The translations under genes and the position numbers were made by a program. Below the pieces are notes generated by a model. The model was given only the letters and a program-made list of their open reading frames with translations. It ran no database searches and was not told the origin of the DNA. Below are positions 15,001-22,244 of a DNA stretch of 64,000 nt, one piece after another (positions within the stretch are counted from its first letter, which is position 1; the number at the start of each line of letters is the position of its first letter). This DNA is from a virus: positions 49,401 through 113,400 of the IMG/VR virus record IMGVR_UViG_3300049846_000430; one strand, 5' to 3'.

Positions 15001-15213
15001 CTTGATGATGATGATGAAGCATCTGATTTGTTTGATTTCTGGACAGAGAATATTGAAGATAATAAAGAAGCAATAGCAAAACTGAAAGCTAATGGGATTA
15101 AAGGAAAGAATGATGCGGATCCAGAAATTCAAGACTTCTTTAATGCAAGACGTAATAATAACTATAAGAGTGATCAAGATTTTCTAGATTACATTAAAAG
15201 TTGTATCTTATAA
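1..15213 (+). CDS. Giant virion protein containing crAss-like virion RNA polymerase and zincin protease domain (5'-truncated, >5070 aa)
   Basis: Frame is open from base 1 (NFDRYYAHPKF...) so the true start is upstream. GADFDIDKL (DFDID at 11473-11487) preceded by RIPSQ matches crAss-like/phi14:2 gp66-type vRNAP. HEAFH zincin motif at 6205-6219 with downstream EEYLAD. Confidence 0.9.
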   Translation, partial: NFDRYYAHPKFEELGWQPYANNEEYYNANSSTWDDSVRMWGQFSGLFGTGFVSGYRSIADLFDGDDYLSTADLDSATEFSDAMRIGMSSREGFMAGINNFALNSAYTFGIIGSIAAEELALALMASTGVGAIPAAARTGANVTRAGRAIVNFFDVGKALNATRQMLKGLNQADRARDFYNTMRSGGKFVGDFFLPETMAAIRSMNTTQNGVQNLSNLSKAARGFGGFYRDLRGINLAMSESKLEAGMVYNDKFADISANLNEKNGGTGLTPTDVAKAHDVAAKSSFATLWWNAPLIYLSNKIVLGTALGGMNKTLGRVFDEKLTGFGKRLIRTKPLTDASGKISRDVFEDAGEGMFGGLLPSMKRIKGYTVGGSLKAAGHGAARYFAANLTEGAQELAQEAIAVGTKDYYTQLFEDPAAAGYDVFKTALSSAISSQMNAQGFETFMSGFMMGGVVQGPQKLLFQGLPNAMQYTFNREAYDKYKTAKNDYIQNLVKTHNEAWNTMADDPTAMFDPTKLNFLVQKQVASEMKQSAYVDDVFGFIDAKDFGKFNQMYTIFSNGTANQFKDQLQGFQSLTDEELNQAFPGFKADIKSGKFRERIDTTLNQIDETEKAYNDAQNKFQNPFDSRKFKKGTKEFIDEALKERAFEHAKYLYMFTQDGFKRAVERAESIYSEMASEPVISKIAANDLSVLMDIDSINNELAVLLKEASIEATTPEEEKIAADKTERMMHLTEIKKVLTDPGNLNSNGILDRRKINKLYKPFQNYVNFLAKSKNDFVNKDAVVNALKKISDYNALKERAKVYDKAIEYLNNPERLTEMVNRTRAIFEDLFRNNKTMFEKNIKKHVKNLEANEFLNKLVKIGVYPNADQVVEFLKTGDVNVLKEFFSEDGVVDVMNDPKRFLQIAGLVRSYNEITGKEEVKEETEEEPEEEAAEPGAKQKSFEDTLDDLDIDTSSMPGVKPKPAKETVVETNDPSQSPYGKKILEEVYNKYRAEQLAIGNTYLPYNEWAKTEKTQTVIAALQALKVAWAKTVTKESLAKRGTDVSTPQLAEAAIKFVIKQDVGFSQWLQSKKDEPSVRKVLDEAGLTFDALAPVAPGKNEGKDSVVKDKKNTKWHKKGPGVNILKITSSDNEGNKTTYYQLVDNNGDGLSEAILKAAGVSINGTYSKAKAAEEAQKKILDAMPDTTPFQFDGVMVRFGATVTDNKGKEFIVLGTPSKVAKGGKLFLLPKEKQTLKGVKEREKASIKVSEGEFNGFYTVEDLKFSEPVDKNVSKLTVVDLLKSYPRNNRGEERAEAQKRFDIIMNAVTAEEFENDIEFVVRRNEGAGSETGPYRAGSKEPNPQIIKTTETYNIGIRIGNPALQQRLDAMLEEKGFVPSDSADGIIGFMPNNSYKLLDKNGKQISILSLDPENFDQYFGGRGTLQDIKTAYATQQLLVNAISELIGEASFAVVKPSELKDKVTFSFQSLYKQDALPISLDQLNDYYGTEDGKGYTVDGKNVIIYDNKRVRTEKGYSYSTTVVSNLKPGKRLSDLSDKIEDELKASGKWEKATDPVAGLGRYVIVIRQPNGELTLAQLKQNKIDKEEVYGFIKELVQRAQDTVDNNIENIDDLPRNALGVITNTKDARAKNLDYNYKWNEEFNNKFYLAEMPGIDVEMKVTAWGRIEISFYDKKNKESLTAAPLKIFPELFAKALADPQELLDKIQSLLDSDPTLKKQKISVQPQNFRASFPESRDAQVIIDNTKTQLDPRVRFDYKIIVTGDSSQVQALANISTPITPEDITAAQGPVSEDTLEHIAKKLNTPGSTLSKYEQEIYNINQSRIEKIRKDLAGKSSLDTSEDTYDGINQMSDDEFNSYADDEFMMLPLDIKNQIAAKILKTGVASLSARERQVMNSDAGSMINGLVSKLVSEAVNTPSEVAPVTEETFTQGNEIEQIKAEIASLKLQIDAREELLMKESSNPKESFTKINNDSELKALKKRRNDLNNKLIANKILPAAPLTPYDGETIQQFVDWATNNLPDFISIADINTLRGNLMGKGVRVGAFVLSLADIAGGINVQGTLYTGASSPFRYHEAFHAVFRMLLTDEQIKKYLALGKKELLAKYKAEGKSYQAEMEKFRNTAPMYREMTPERLEQEFIEEYLADKFEEFKKSPAKTQTAPEIKSLFQRIIEWIKSIFKRFTKNELNSLYENIDSGKYRTTAVQDNMFTNSLVKGITVEANKLIPIETYEDERGNIGYKYMDPAAADGLIANIAAMYISREDKAIAASKNGLINRGEILDETIIDFMVMYNPEAEHNSTLDRSLWAPLFEKFNALKDYTEFVKQGVIERLALLDVSAEEGAYDFEQFEQEAGLRNVSDYKRGVEQIGGFESISKELRRYIGSTTITNADEFGNTELTPGESLIVPVDFNEAYNGILKAVKNTTNPLDFFTKMYFFGQTNRQTEAVVRRLFQDIGVTDEQILNDDLPASVKNPLLFQRVLKGFESFRLDYIFIHTNPKDGKTYIYSAANRDDTSAQIDRWSAAYDIKFQNMVNNIKTWRETKRILARVEKYFNPAEAFETLSDRRLQIISRYLSRNLYELTGIKLSAGYIEFSIASGIINKTRYQNALLRANQKSEALNYDDIKQFAIQIEAAYNDAIKNRGYTSIFSDTAGVGMPARLRRMAFGNAPFDETIGNSVFKNPNGDLVYAHQAATYHLKAITDLNDVETLERLQESDPFLFNNILLNSPAFKALAAEDRLRVLRVAGSKKSALDKTDEGNYAETGGINVNDEATTYGDSSPRQFILNLINSYTYNYNHTTGKNDTIIAIDPITGEEKETAIAPSLIRVIEASNTGDMTGLPVIQTITTDDNGETVLKDETIDMFYDEVKREYERIRREGKEETRTKDLLEGYNAKDGVRVDKNADSKDDQSRAYKFTKTGTLLKEFEGTAGDKSKIKDPTMPEETAQRLVEGTQSIIVRRAKAASTIGLTRKGASGSATVTTKDKKGNDVNTGFTIINRGQVIVTEKNFKKILDSLGDAVSVDKTDTHKYKFEYKNKVGYVETPDLASFLNGYEPFYVYDMYKEGTEIPKNVLKDIEKSDSQPIDYKSRLEAYARNSDVEDLSFEEAIVKMNTTVADFKQFLNTRLMDEFKEFSKTLDEIKAKKGLSKFVTFGLTNEDGRTNSETARAAAQLNLTTDVEYNLMQIFFNDWLNTKALNQILLGDSAMSLKDAVDEIKRAKMQNAAGKSAAATIIAPEYGINHIFQQMSLFTFTDTEFEKIYSGANAKGERGDAQMYLTPKGLRYILFGLGNLNEAQVKLLDKIERGDKITADEFFGTVGEDGFKDQGAVFNSLKLVYGDGKTYLKMSAVILTKELTSRKVNGQWVAKETRKELHNMRVKLEQFEEENQTVTIAGGRSAVKMLKQNVLRDTDMFSEGLLSKDNATILDTNFMRLQLVNPSNKIVITDPTQMKTLITSEQSDNVEVLLPGSDKVTTLGAIREKYNEAISNRSKLKFINRRNLIFNFDIDVAMDELHKSVKSGQITANLFSFLQYATESLKASQSSSNILEFFNPENQDRYNLNNPLTITKFEQLFLRYFNNGVFSEKIPGHSVALMSDVGVKIYRRVFSVETLEDGTIVPDRFEVIREKVWEAMPDKPPVVFDVTDNPTLQGLEEAIKASGKKGVVIIDNLRHNLKEYNEKGKYTKTRYSEALIPAHFKDVMTHVEDSVDDPKSAEEITQEWKAWINEERWSPKAKAYIIRQNIEDFDRNRSKKEFAKAFGYTYEENEKGNVKFTAREKSKYMNEIPDAVAKMFGIRIPSQDKHSAVNIKVVDFLPVFYGSTGIFPPQLIEISGADFDIDKLYIHIKQWFMENGDFVEYGTAKNDKDGYQQYINYVNQEVYKGGSAFAEAFEKYMSDQGVTERNQLSIEDILDARDAGFNADAVDALMMLGLPVTLKQYKAYKKKNQSEPYEAPYNNQVLDYKFALLGNEHVTNTPGRNVPISYEPADLEPLKEVWDFIKDELPELAELVKEEGVDIDNLFGKLKAWTNNKEGANSIGAVVLPNIYLSLMKEYDISIRREKVGKLGETIPQITLNGYTFRHFGKDPEDPQITGNYEIVDGKENKNGARRQYVISALITAMTDNAKERLAAKLGLNKDALAVVANLTALGVPIKTSILLINNPIIKEEYFNAVNKEDPYDPGIKSLIRRRLKNLDEVFGPDIPLVPVTDDLLKESIINARVFNDFSQSKSFNVNILKELKKENLYTLTDASIDKSILTQFYNAHKLKTFTGNIGNIVNLVSDIGSSFEDIIGREESIRKLGLELNDEDFENLVDDDDAPVPIDVRKLFKGDTWQATYYKMYKELTEQLLPTVFLSQTKAFKNIYEKLKAAFLGGDDSNFFMTPERLNKMSKDFLSYLTIKSYMQELGRSNGIRKQSLASLTNELIYPQANSDININKIISNLKAKYEAEGRTNYFLQAFAYNDPASSPKNNTGLDTVIASTFAKLSEAQKIKVQDGFIDLYGPAETRLDALHILHYIMVKDGLQFAYGTLLDAITPFILDKYLSTINNTHKAFETGVDTKAFETVFGMDYEDLINDFIMNYMESNKNNYLLKTIKSVVNKKNIPVYNPIVSDAQITGTLTLGEVVSNPQNFYVFGENQNEEGYVDQLAVRGQSNTFGLIFKKGFARNKENYFKDKELDEFVKIFSAGIAFLKTVEKPILFPARIIGANDREYMQKNTPEIYKHIKNTLIDNFDYDIDGVEKVAGTVSKAEAAKSPIRIDKSGAAEKLYIDLYNGIYQINIDAEGTKIQRNAVAGPKQKEMREANQKYIQDAGFKTRTFIKKEGDKKEFTTEIILPPYFRIEHKNQLDERTYDFYKLVKVYTSTGIDTQNLISKDPNRLHIFGNAAMYVKVKMKGSNQQNPIGFMFDTVNFSRPDYFDVRENVKKKNQEEGDEDITIPGDGEIDEGNVDFSSMPGARVDENGITVNGKSVTVNEMIAATAAVITSTEDVTESDSNVESEVAGPPVKAGTLTSLLDDDDEASDLFDFWTENIEDNKEAIAKLKANGIKGKNDADPEIQDFFNARRNNNYKSDQDFLDYIKSCIL

Positions 15214-15216
15214 TAT

Positions 15217-18200
15217 ATGGCGGCAAGATGTCACAATAGAGCAACCCCTGAGTATAAAGCTTTACTTCAGGAGTTTAAAACAAACATTGCAACAGACAAT
15301 GTTATAACCAGTTGGCAAGATCTTAATAATACAAATGAGTTTCCTACTGTATCACAAGCACAAGAGTTTTTAAAGCAGTATAAAACAAGTGAGTCTTTAA
15401 GAAAAAGAGAGTTTGCTGAAGCACTTCTTTCTAACTTATCAAGATTGGGATATGCTAAAGCTGGTAAAAATGGATATTATGTTACAAACAGCAATCAACC
15501 AGGCGGCATATTTGATGAGAATGTTTTAAACTCTAATAGAAACAAAATCATCAACTACTTGATGATGAATAATATTCCTGTTGACTCAGTAAGCTTTTCT
15601 GACACAACCAAAGGAGAAACATACTTCATATCTATTGATGATGCAAGTCTTTCACAAAGAGATATATTACCTAAAAGAAGAGGGTTTGATGAACCAAAGA
15701 CAGTTAAGATTTTAAATCATCTCAATAATCTTTTTCCAGAACTTAATATTCAAATTGCTACAATCCAAGAAGCAAGAAACTATTATGATTCTTTGGATCC
15801 TGCAATGAAGGCTAATGTAAAGTTTGAAGATGTCAAATCTTTTTATGTAAGAGGTAAGGTTTATTTGGTAAGAGGAAGAGTAACAGATAACACAGCCATA
15901 GAAGAAGTACTTCACCCATTTGTTGATGCACTCTTTATTCAGAACAGAGCCTTGTTTGATAACTTACTTAAAGAAGCAAGAACAAACTTTCCAGAATTAA
16001 ACAGAGAGATTAACAGAGTTTATTCTGAGATGAATGGTTTTACTCAAGAAGAAAGAGATCTGGAACTTGTAACTCAATCTCTTACTAGACATTTTGCAGA
16101 TGAGTATGAGAAGGCACCTACAAAAACATTCATGGATAGAATCCGTGAGTTTCTTGAATGGTTTAAAACTGTTATTAATGATTTTCATAAGTATCTGACT
16201 GGTGTAACAATCCGTAGAGCAGATCAAATAGTATCAGCCACCACTCCAATTAAACCAGGTGTTGCAGAACTATTTGAATCTAATCCTAAATTAGCTACTT
16301 CTGTATATGAAGCTTTAGGATTTACTGAAAAAAAATATGCAGATAAACTAAAAGGAATTGCACAAAGAAGAAGTTTAGCTACTAAAGAGGATCTTGAAAA
16401 GTCTCAGCTTATTAAAGATCTGGTAGTAAATGAGTCTCAACCTAATGAATTAAAACCAAATAAATCTGATAAAAATCTAGCTGCTATAATGCTTTATGGT
16501 GAGAGATATGATGATTTATCAGATACAAGAACATCTGAAGAAGATTTTGAAAATTCTTCAGATTATAAAAAGTCTCAGTCTGAGTTATTAGCTTACAGAA
16601 TATTAAACAATTTAATGTTTGATGTTGAAGAATTAGCTTATTATGAAGACATCATCAAACAATATCCGGAATATGCTTCAACATTATCTACCAATGAAAA
16701 TCCTGTAAAAGATTTTTTTGAAAATGATATATTTGAACAAGCCGAAAAAGAAAAGTTTGAAATAACTTCAAAGCAAAAACAACAAGCTCAACAACTATAT
16801 TCCCAATATCTTGATACTATATTTCCTGATAGTAAAGTAAAGGATATTGTTTATCATGGTACAAATTCTAAATTTGATAAATTTGTAATACCTGAAAGAA
16901 CTTTTTCAGAATATGATGATGAATTAAAAAAAATGGTTCAGCTAAAAGGTAAAGGGGCTGCTTATTTTACAGATAAAAAATCTTTAGCAGAACAATCTGG
17001 AAAGAGTAAAAAAGCAGAAAATGTTTTATCTGCTGTTATAAATTTAAAAAATCCAAAAGAAACAACTAGTCAAGTTGGAGTAGATGATAATATTATAAAT
17101 CTAAGAAAGAGTTTTGATGGGTATGTTTATACTAATATAAAAGCAAACTATATAGTGCAAGCTGTATTTGAACCAGAACAAATCCACATACTAGGTAATC
17201 AAGAAGACATAGAAGGATTTAAAGAGTTTGCATCTAAGGAAATACAGGTTACTCCTACATTAGCAGTTGGAGAAATTAAACCGATAGCTAAACTTACTGA
17301 TATTGCAAAGCTTCTGAATACCAGCATGTTTAAGTTTGATCTTCAAACTGAAGATAGTTTAAGAGTTAGATATGCTTTGAGTGATAGAAAACAAAAGCTG
17401 GTTGACAAAGCATTAGACTCATCTAACGAGGTTCAGAAGAATGTAATTAATAGATTGTTTGGTATAGCCAGGACAAGGGATGAAAGTATTGATTCTCTCT
17501 CTGCAAACATATACAGCCCTTATGAAGATTCAAGTATTGTTGTTCTAAACAAAGCTGATCACACATATATTGATATAACTACAGGTGATATATATACCTC
17601 TGTAACTACAGCAATCAAAGGAAAGTTAAAGAATGAAGAGGATGTGCAATTAAATGTTACACTTGGTAATGACTTTGATTTTATCATGGATGGTATTGTG
17701 TCAAACATGACACTGAAAGATATCCTTGAGTCTGGAGAGATAAAGATTCTAAATGAAGAGCAGGTTGAAAGAGCTTTTAATGATCTTCAAGAAAAAATTC
17801 AAGACCTTAGATCTGATGGTTCAGTTGCAATATCTCAAGTAGTATTGTTTGATCAAGCCACTAAGATAGCTGGTACTGCTGACCTTGTACTCATTACTCC
17901 TCAAGGTAAACTTAAAATTCTTGACTTAAAAACAAGTAAGAGTTGGTATGCCACCATGAGAGAAGAATATGATAAGGAATGGAATCTAGATGATGATAGT
18001 GTTTTAAAATCCAGAGGTATTGCTGATAAACTTTCTACAAGACAGCAACACAACCTGCAGGTTAATCTCTATAGGAGAATGGCTGAGAACATGGGTTATG
18101 ATGTAGCTACAGATGAATATGCAACATCAACCTATCATATCCATGTAGACATTACCGGTAAAGGTAAAGAACAGAAGTTTGAGGGAACATTTGAAGTTGA

Positions 18201-21200
18201 TGGTTGGGTGCCGCATCCCCCTAGTCAGAACTCTGTTTATGTAGATAAACTAATTCCAGTTGATTACATGAATAGAGATCCAGAAATGACTGCTGCAAGA
18301 CTTGGTTTAGATTCTCCAGAAGATTTTGATCCTGATAACTTTTTAGATCCTGAAGAACAGTTGCCTGAAGATCTTACAGATGAAAATGACTATACTGAAT
18401 TCAACACTATCTTTAATGCTCTAAATCAATACAAGACCGGTCTTTTAAATAGAAGACAAGCAATTGAAAGAATAAAGAGTGGTATCTTTATGGATAGAAG
18501 AACTGAACAGATTATTGAAAATATAGATAATACTGTTGGTGCTATTATGGTTGCAATGAGTGAGGGTGGTGCATTAGTATCTTCCACATATACTGATCTT
18601 CTCAGAGATGCAATCAAAGAAGTAGATCAGTTTACAGAGTACATGCTAGACCCGTTAAACTTTGACAAGAATGAGTATATCAACTATGCACTCAACTTTG
18701 ACAGGTTCTTGGTAACATTCAACGGCCTTACTGAGATACAAAAATCAGATGCTGTAAATGCCACACAAGCAAAACTTCTTCTTACTCTTGAGACAAAACT
18801 AAGAAGTCTTGGCGGAACAAAAACAAAGACTGGTATCATTGATGCAGCTATTATGAACTATGTAAAGGAGACTGTTAGAAATACAAGTAGCAGAAACTTT
18901 ACAGAAGCTGAGCTTGATGAGTTAATGAGAACAGCAAAAGATATAGGCATCTTAGATCTTGGAACCAGAGATTTAGCTACATCTACAGATACACTTCTTG
19001 CTATAATGGATAAGATCTATAAGGCCAAGAAACAAGAGCTTTATGATAAGATTGATGCTAGAAATGAAGAGATAATCAATGCTGCAAATAAACTTTTAAA
19101 ACTTTCACCAACATCAAATAGAAATGAGATTTATGATTTTATGTTGGAGTTTGATGATCAAGGAGGATTCACTGGCAGATATGTAAAAGCTTTAGGTAAG
19201 CAGTATTATGATAAGATTGATAAACTAAGAGCTGAACTTTTTGATGAAGAAGGTAACTGGAAAGAATACAGAGAGATTGATGATTTAAGAACAGCCAAGA
19301 AAGAAGACATTGATTATAATAAAGCTTTATATAAAGCTAAGCAAGCTTATACAGATTTCTGGAGAGCAGAAACAATTGGGACAAACGATAACCCAATTGA
19401 TGGGGAATATCATGGATATACTTCTGAATTTAAAGAAGCTAGGGCAAAGCATGAGGTTTTTGTTGCTGAAGGAAAACATGGTTACTGGGTTAGAAAGAGA
19501 GGTATTTCAGACAAAGCATATCTCAACTATAAACTTAAATACTTTGATACATTTGAAACAAAGTTTGCTGTTAAAAAAGATGGTGTCTTTACTGGTAAGG
19601 TTACAGATGGTACTATCCAAGTTCCTAAAGTAAAATACAGATTTGCCAGAGAGATTAGCTCTAAGGGTGAAGATATGCGTAATGCAAAGTATACAGCAAT
19701 CATGAATCCTACTGATGCTTTAGGTGAAGCAAGAAAGGAATTCTATGAAGTGTATGTTAAAAACTTTGAGAATGATCTTCTTAATAAACTTCCAACTGGT
19801 GTAAGAGATCAGATGCTTGGGAGAGTTCCTCTTGTGCAGTCTAATTTGGTTAACAGTCTTAAGGAAAAAGGAAACCTGTTTACAAAACTCTGGAGTAAAA
19901 CAACTAGATCTGTAAGAAACTTAACAACAGAAACTTCTCATATGAGAAGAGTTGTTGTTGATGAGACAGGTCAGTTTGTTGATACGCTTCCCATATTCTA
20001 TGTAGGTAATACTAGAGATGATCAGGCACTTGAAATTCTTGAAGCAAAGCTGGACCAGCTTAACAAAGAAAGAAAGATGGGTGCTGTCAATGCCATTGAG
20101 TATAAGAAGCAAAGCATGGAGTTAAATGGGAAGATTACTGATATCAAAAATAAACCTGCAACTAATGAGATAAGCAGAGATATGGGAGATAGTCTTCTTA
20201 AGTTTAGTGCTATGGCTGAGCATTATGAAACCATGGGTGCAATTGAAGACACCATGAATGCTTTTCTATATGTCATTGAAAATAGACAGTATGAATCTGC
20301 AGAAGATAATGTTACCAGAATAGCTAGATACGGAAAAGAAAACATAAAGGTATTTCAAAAGAAAGGTAGTACTGAGGCCAATGTCATAACAAGAGCTAAG
20401 AAATTTATGAGTATGGTCTATTATGATAGTGATGAAATAACAAAAGGTAAGTGGGATAAAATATCTGATTTCATTATCAATACATCATCCATGACATATG
20501 TAGCCTTTAACCCTTTTGGTAATATAAATAACTATGTGATGGGTAGACTTAACAATAACATTGAATTGTTAGGTCAAAGATTTTTTACAGCTAAGTCCGG
20601 ATTAAGAGCAACACAAGAGTTTAATAAAAGAGCTTTACCTGATGTAGCTAAAAGATTTGGAATGCATGGTTACAAGCTTGGTATGGGAGGTCAATATGAC
20701 CCAACTAAACCAATGAGTAAATATGAAGGTTTTGTTGACATGTTTAGAATGATGGATACAAAGTCTGATATCCGTGAGACAAGAGGAAGTACTGCTCAGA
20801 AAAGTTGGTTTGAAAGTTTCTTTATTGAAAAACTTGGTTATGGTCTTCAGGATGCTGCAGAATACAACGTGCAGACAAAGGTTGGTATGGCCATGGTTAT
20901 GGATACCATTTTAAAGAACAAGACAACTGGTGAAACACTTAGTCTTTATGATGCTGCTGAATTTGATTCAGTAACACATAAACTTAAATTCAAAGATGGA
21001 TTTGATACTATAGTTAAGAAAAACGGTGTTGAAGTAGCTTTTGATGACAAGTTTAGATATGATCTTAGAAACAGAATCCGTGAGGTAAACAAACAGATTC
21101 ATGGTAACTATGCAAGAGAAGACAGGATGGTTATTCAAGCTAACGCACTTGGTAGACTTGCTGCACAATTTCACAAATGGGTGGCACCAGCTATTAGAGC

Positions 21201-21891
21201 AAGGTTTGGAAGAGAATACTTTGACGAAAACTTAGGATGGATGGAAGGAAGATACAAGTCCTTCTGGCAGTTCATGGGTTACTTCTTTAGAAATCTTGAT
21301 AAAGTAGAAATGACCGGTAAAATCATTGGTCCTAAAATGAAGGAAGGTTTTCTTAAAGATTATGGTTATAAAGGAGACGGTTCTCAGGATGATGCAAAAG
21401 CTGAGAACAAACTTTATAATATGTACAGAACTCTTGGTGAATTAGGTATTATCATTTCAATTATGGTGGTAAGAGAAATACTTGGAGGAATGTTATCAGG
21501 TGATGATGATGATAATGAAACTATAAAAAGACTTGAAAATGCTATTCTATTCCAGGCAGACAGATCTGTAAAAGAAATGAAGACTTTTATACCTGTTATT
21601 GGATTTACAGATATGTATCAAATGGCAAAAAGTCCTGTTGCTTCAACAAGAACTCTTGCGGAATGGGGACAAGCACTTGGTAGTACTATGCTTACCGGAT
21701 ATAATGGTGTAAAGTATATGGCAACAGATAATCCAGAGTACTGGGAAGGTAATAAAGATATTGTTTACCAAAGAAAACCAGATAAAGGAAATCTTAAGAT
21801 GGCAAAAGAATGGAAAGATGCTATTCCAATTTTGTATACCTTTCAGAGATGGGCTAGCTATGATACTGTATCAGACTTCTACATCAAATAA
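15217..21891 (+). CDS. Large polyvalent virion (ejected) protein: degenerate zincin, ART-like domain, PD-(D/E)xK nuclease, helical C-terminal region
   Basis: IEEVLHPFV; IVYHGT...AYFT...INLKNP...FDG...VFEPEQI; IAGTADLV...ILDLKTS...QVNLY; directly follows the vRNAP gene. Confidence 0.8.
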   Translation: MAARCHNRATPEYKALLQEFKTNIATDNVITSWQDLNNTNEFPTVSQAQEFLKQYKTSESLRKREFAEALLSNLSRLGYAKAGKNGYYVTNSNQPGGIFDENVLNSNRNKIINYLMMNNIPVDSVSFSDTTKGETYFISIDDASLSQRDILPKRRGFDEPKTVKILNHLNNLFPELNIQIATIQEARNYYDSLDPAMKANVKFEDVKSFYVRGKVYLVRGRVTDNTAIEEVLHPFVDALFIQNRALFDNLLKEARTNFPELNREINRVYSEMNGFTQEERDLELVTQSLTRHFADEYEKAPTKTFMDRIREFLEWFKTVINDFHKYLTGVTIRRADQIVSATTPIKPGVAELFESNPKLATSVYEALGFTEKKYADKLKGIAQRRSLATKEDLEKSQLIKDLVVNESQPNELKPNKSDKNLAAIMLYGERYDDLSDTRTSEEDFENSSDYKKSQSELLAYRILNNLMFDVEELAYYEDIIKQYPEYASTLSTNENPVKDFFENDIFEQAEKEKFEITSKQKQQAQQLYSQYLDTIFPDSKVKDIVYHGTNSKFDKFVIPERTFSEYDDELKKMVQLKGKGAAYFTDKKSLAEQSGKSKKAENVLSAVINLKNPKETTSQVGVDDNIINLRKSFDGYVYTNIKANYIVQAVFEPEQIHILGNQEDIEGFKEFASKEIQVTPTLAVGEIKPIAKLTDIAKLLNTSMFKFDLQTEDSLRVRYALSDRKQKLVDKALDSSNEVQKNVINRLFGIARTRDESIDSLSANIYSPYEDSSIVVLNKADHTYIDITTGDIYTSVTTAIKGKLKNEEDVQLNVTLGNDFDFIMDGIVSNMTLKDILESGEIKILNEEQVERAFNDLQEKIQDLRSDGSVAISQVVLFDQATKIAGTADLVLITPQGKLKILDLKTSKSWYATMREEYDKEWNLDDDSVLKSRGIADKLSTRQQHNLQVNLYRRMAENMGYDVATDEYATSTYHIHVDITGKGKEQKFEGTFEVDGWVPHPPSQNSVYVDKLIPVDYMNRDPEMTAARLGLDSPEDFDPDNFLDPEEQLPEDLTDENDYTEFNTIFNALNQYKTGLLNRRQAIERIKSGIFMDRRTEQIIENIDNTVGAIMVAMSEGGALVSSTYTDLLRDAIKEVDQFTEYMLDPLNFDKNEYINYALNFDRFLVTFNGLTEIQKSDAVNATQAKLLLTLETKLRSLGGTKTKTGIIDAAIMNYVKETVRNTSSRNFTEAELDELMRTAKDIGILDLGTRDLATSTDTLLAIMDKIYKAKKQELYDKIDARNEEIINAANKLLKLSPTSNRNEIYDFMLEFDDQGGFTGRYVKALGKQYYDKIDKLRAELFDEEGNWKEYREIDDLRTAKKEDIDYNKALYKAKQAYTDFWRAETIGTNDNPIDGEYHGYTSEFKEARAKHEVFVAEGKHGYWVRKRGISDKAYLNYKLKYFDTFETKFAVKKDGVFTGKVTDGTIQVPKVKYRFAREISSKGEDMRNAKYTAIMNPTDALGEARKEFYEVYVKNFENDLLNKLPTGVRDQMLGRVPLVQSNLVNSLKEKGNLFTKLWSKTTRSVRNLTTETSHMRRVVVDETGQFVDTLPIFYVGNTRDDQALEILEAKLDQLNKERKMGAVNAIEYKKQSMELNGKITDIKNKPATNEISRDMGDSLLKFSAMAEHYETMGAIEDTMNAFLYVIENRQYESAEDNVTRIARYGKENIKVFQKKGSTEANVITRAKKFMSMVYYDSDEITKGKWDKISDFIINTSSMTYVAFNPFGNINNYVMGRLNNNIELLGQRFFTAKSGLRATQEFNKRALPDVAKRFGMHGYKLGMGGQYDPTKPMSKYEGFVDMFRMMDTKSDIRETRGSTAQKSWFESFFIEKLGYGLQDAAEYNVQTKVGMAMVMDTILKNKTTGETLSLYDAAEFDSVTHKLKFKDGFDTIVKKNGVEVAFDDKFRYDLRNRIREVNKQIHGNYAREDRMVIQANALGRLAAQFHKWVAPAIRARFGREYFDENLGWMEGRYKSFWQFMGYFFRNLDKVEMTGKIIGPKMKEGFLKDYGYKGDGSQDDAKAENKLYNMYRTLGELGIIISIMVVREILGGMLSGDDDDNETIKRLENAILFQADRSVKEMKTFIPVIGFTDMYQMAKSPVASTRTLAEWGQALGSTMLTGYNGVKYMATDNPEYWEGNKDIVYQRKPDKGNLKMAKEWKDAIPILYTFQRWASYDTVSDFYIK

Positions 21892-21927
21892 TTTGTATTT
21901 TTAAAAAACACTTTGTATATTAATACT

Positions 21928-22239
21928 ATGACCATACTAAAAAAAATAATCAACTGGCTTCTTGGTAAAACCAACATTGATGAAAAAGTCCTTGAAGCAA
22001 AAGAAACAGTAACTGGAAAAGTTGCTGATGCAAAAGTGTACATCAAGAATGTAGAGAAAGAAGTTGTTGATGTAGTAGATGCTGTAGCAGGTAAGAAACA
22101 AAAGCCGGAGGTAGTTCCTGCCAAACCTGTTGTTGAAGAAACAAAAGCATTTGAAACACCTATTGCTAAACCAAAACCCAAGAAGAAGTATTACAAAAAA
22201 AAGAATGCTTCTAAGACCACCAAGACTACTAAAAAATAA
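21928..22239 (+). CDS. Hypothetical protein with Lys-rich C-terminus
   Basis: ORF; ATG at 21928 preferred over TTG at 21913. Confidence 0.7.
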   Translation: MTILKKIINWLLGKTNIDEKVLEAKETVTGKVADAKVYIKNVEKEVVDVVDAVAGKKQKPEVVPAKPVVEETKAFETPIAKPKPKKKYYKKKNASKTTKTTKK

Positions 22240-22244
22240 AAATA

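Noticed and set aside
681-21174. Many short opposite-strand or alternate-frame ORFs inside the two giant genes
   Set aside because: Shadow ORFs with no motifs, fully nested in long coding frames
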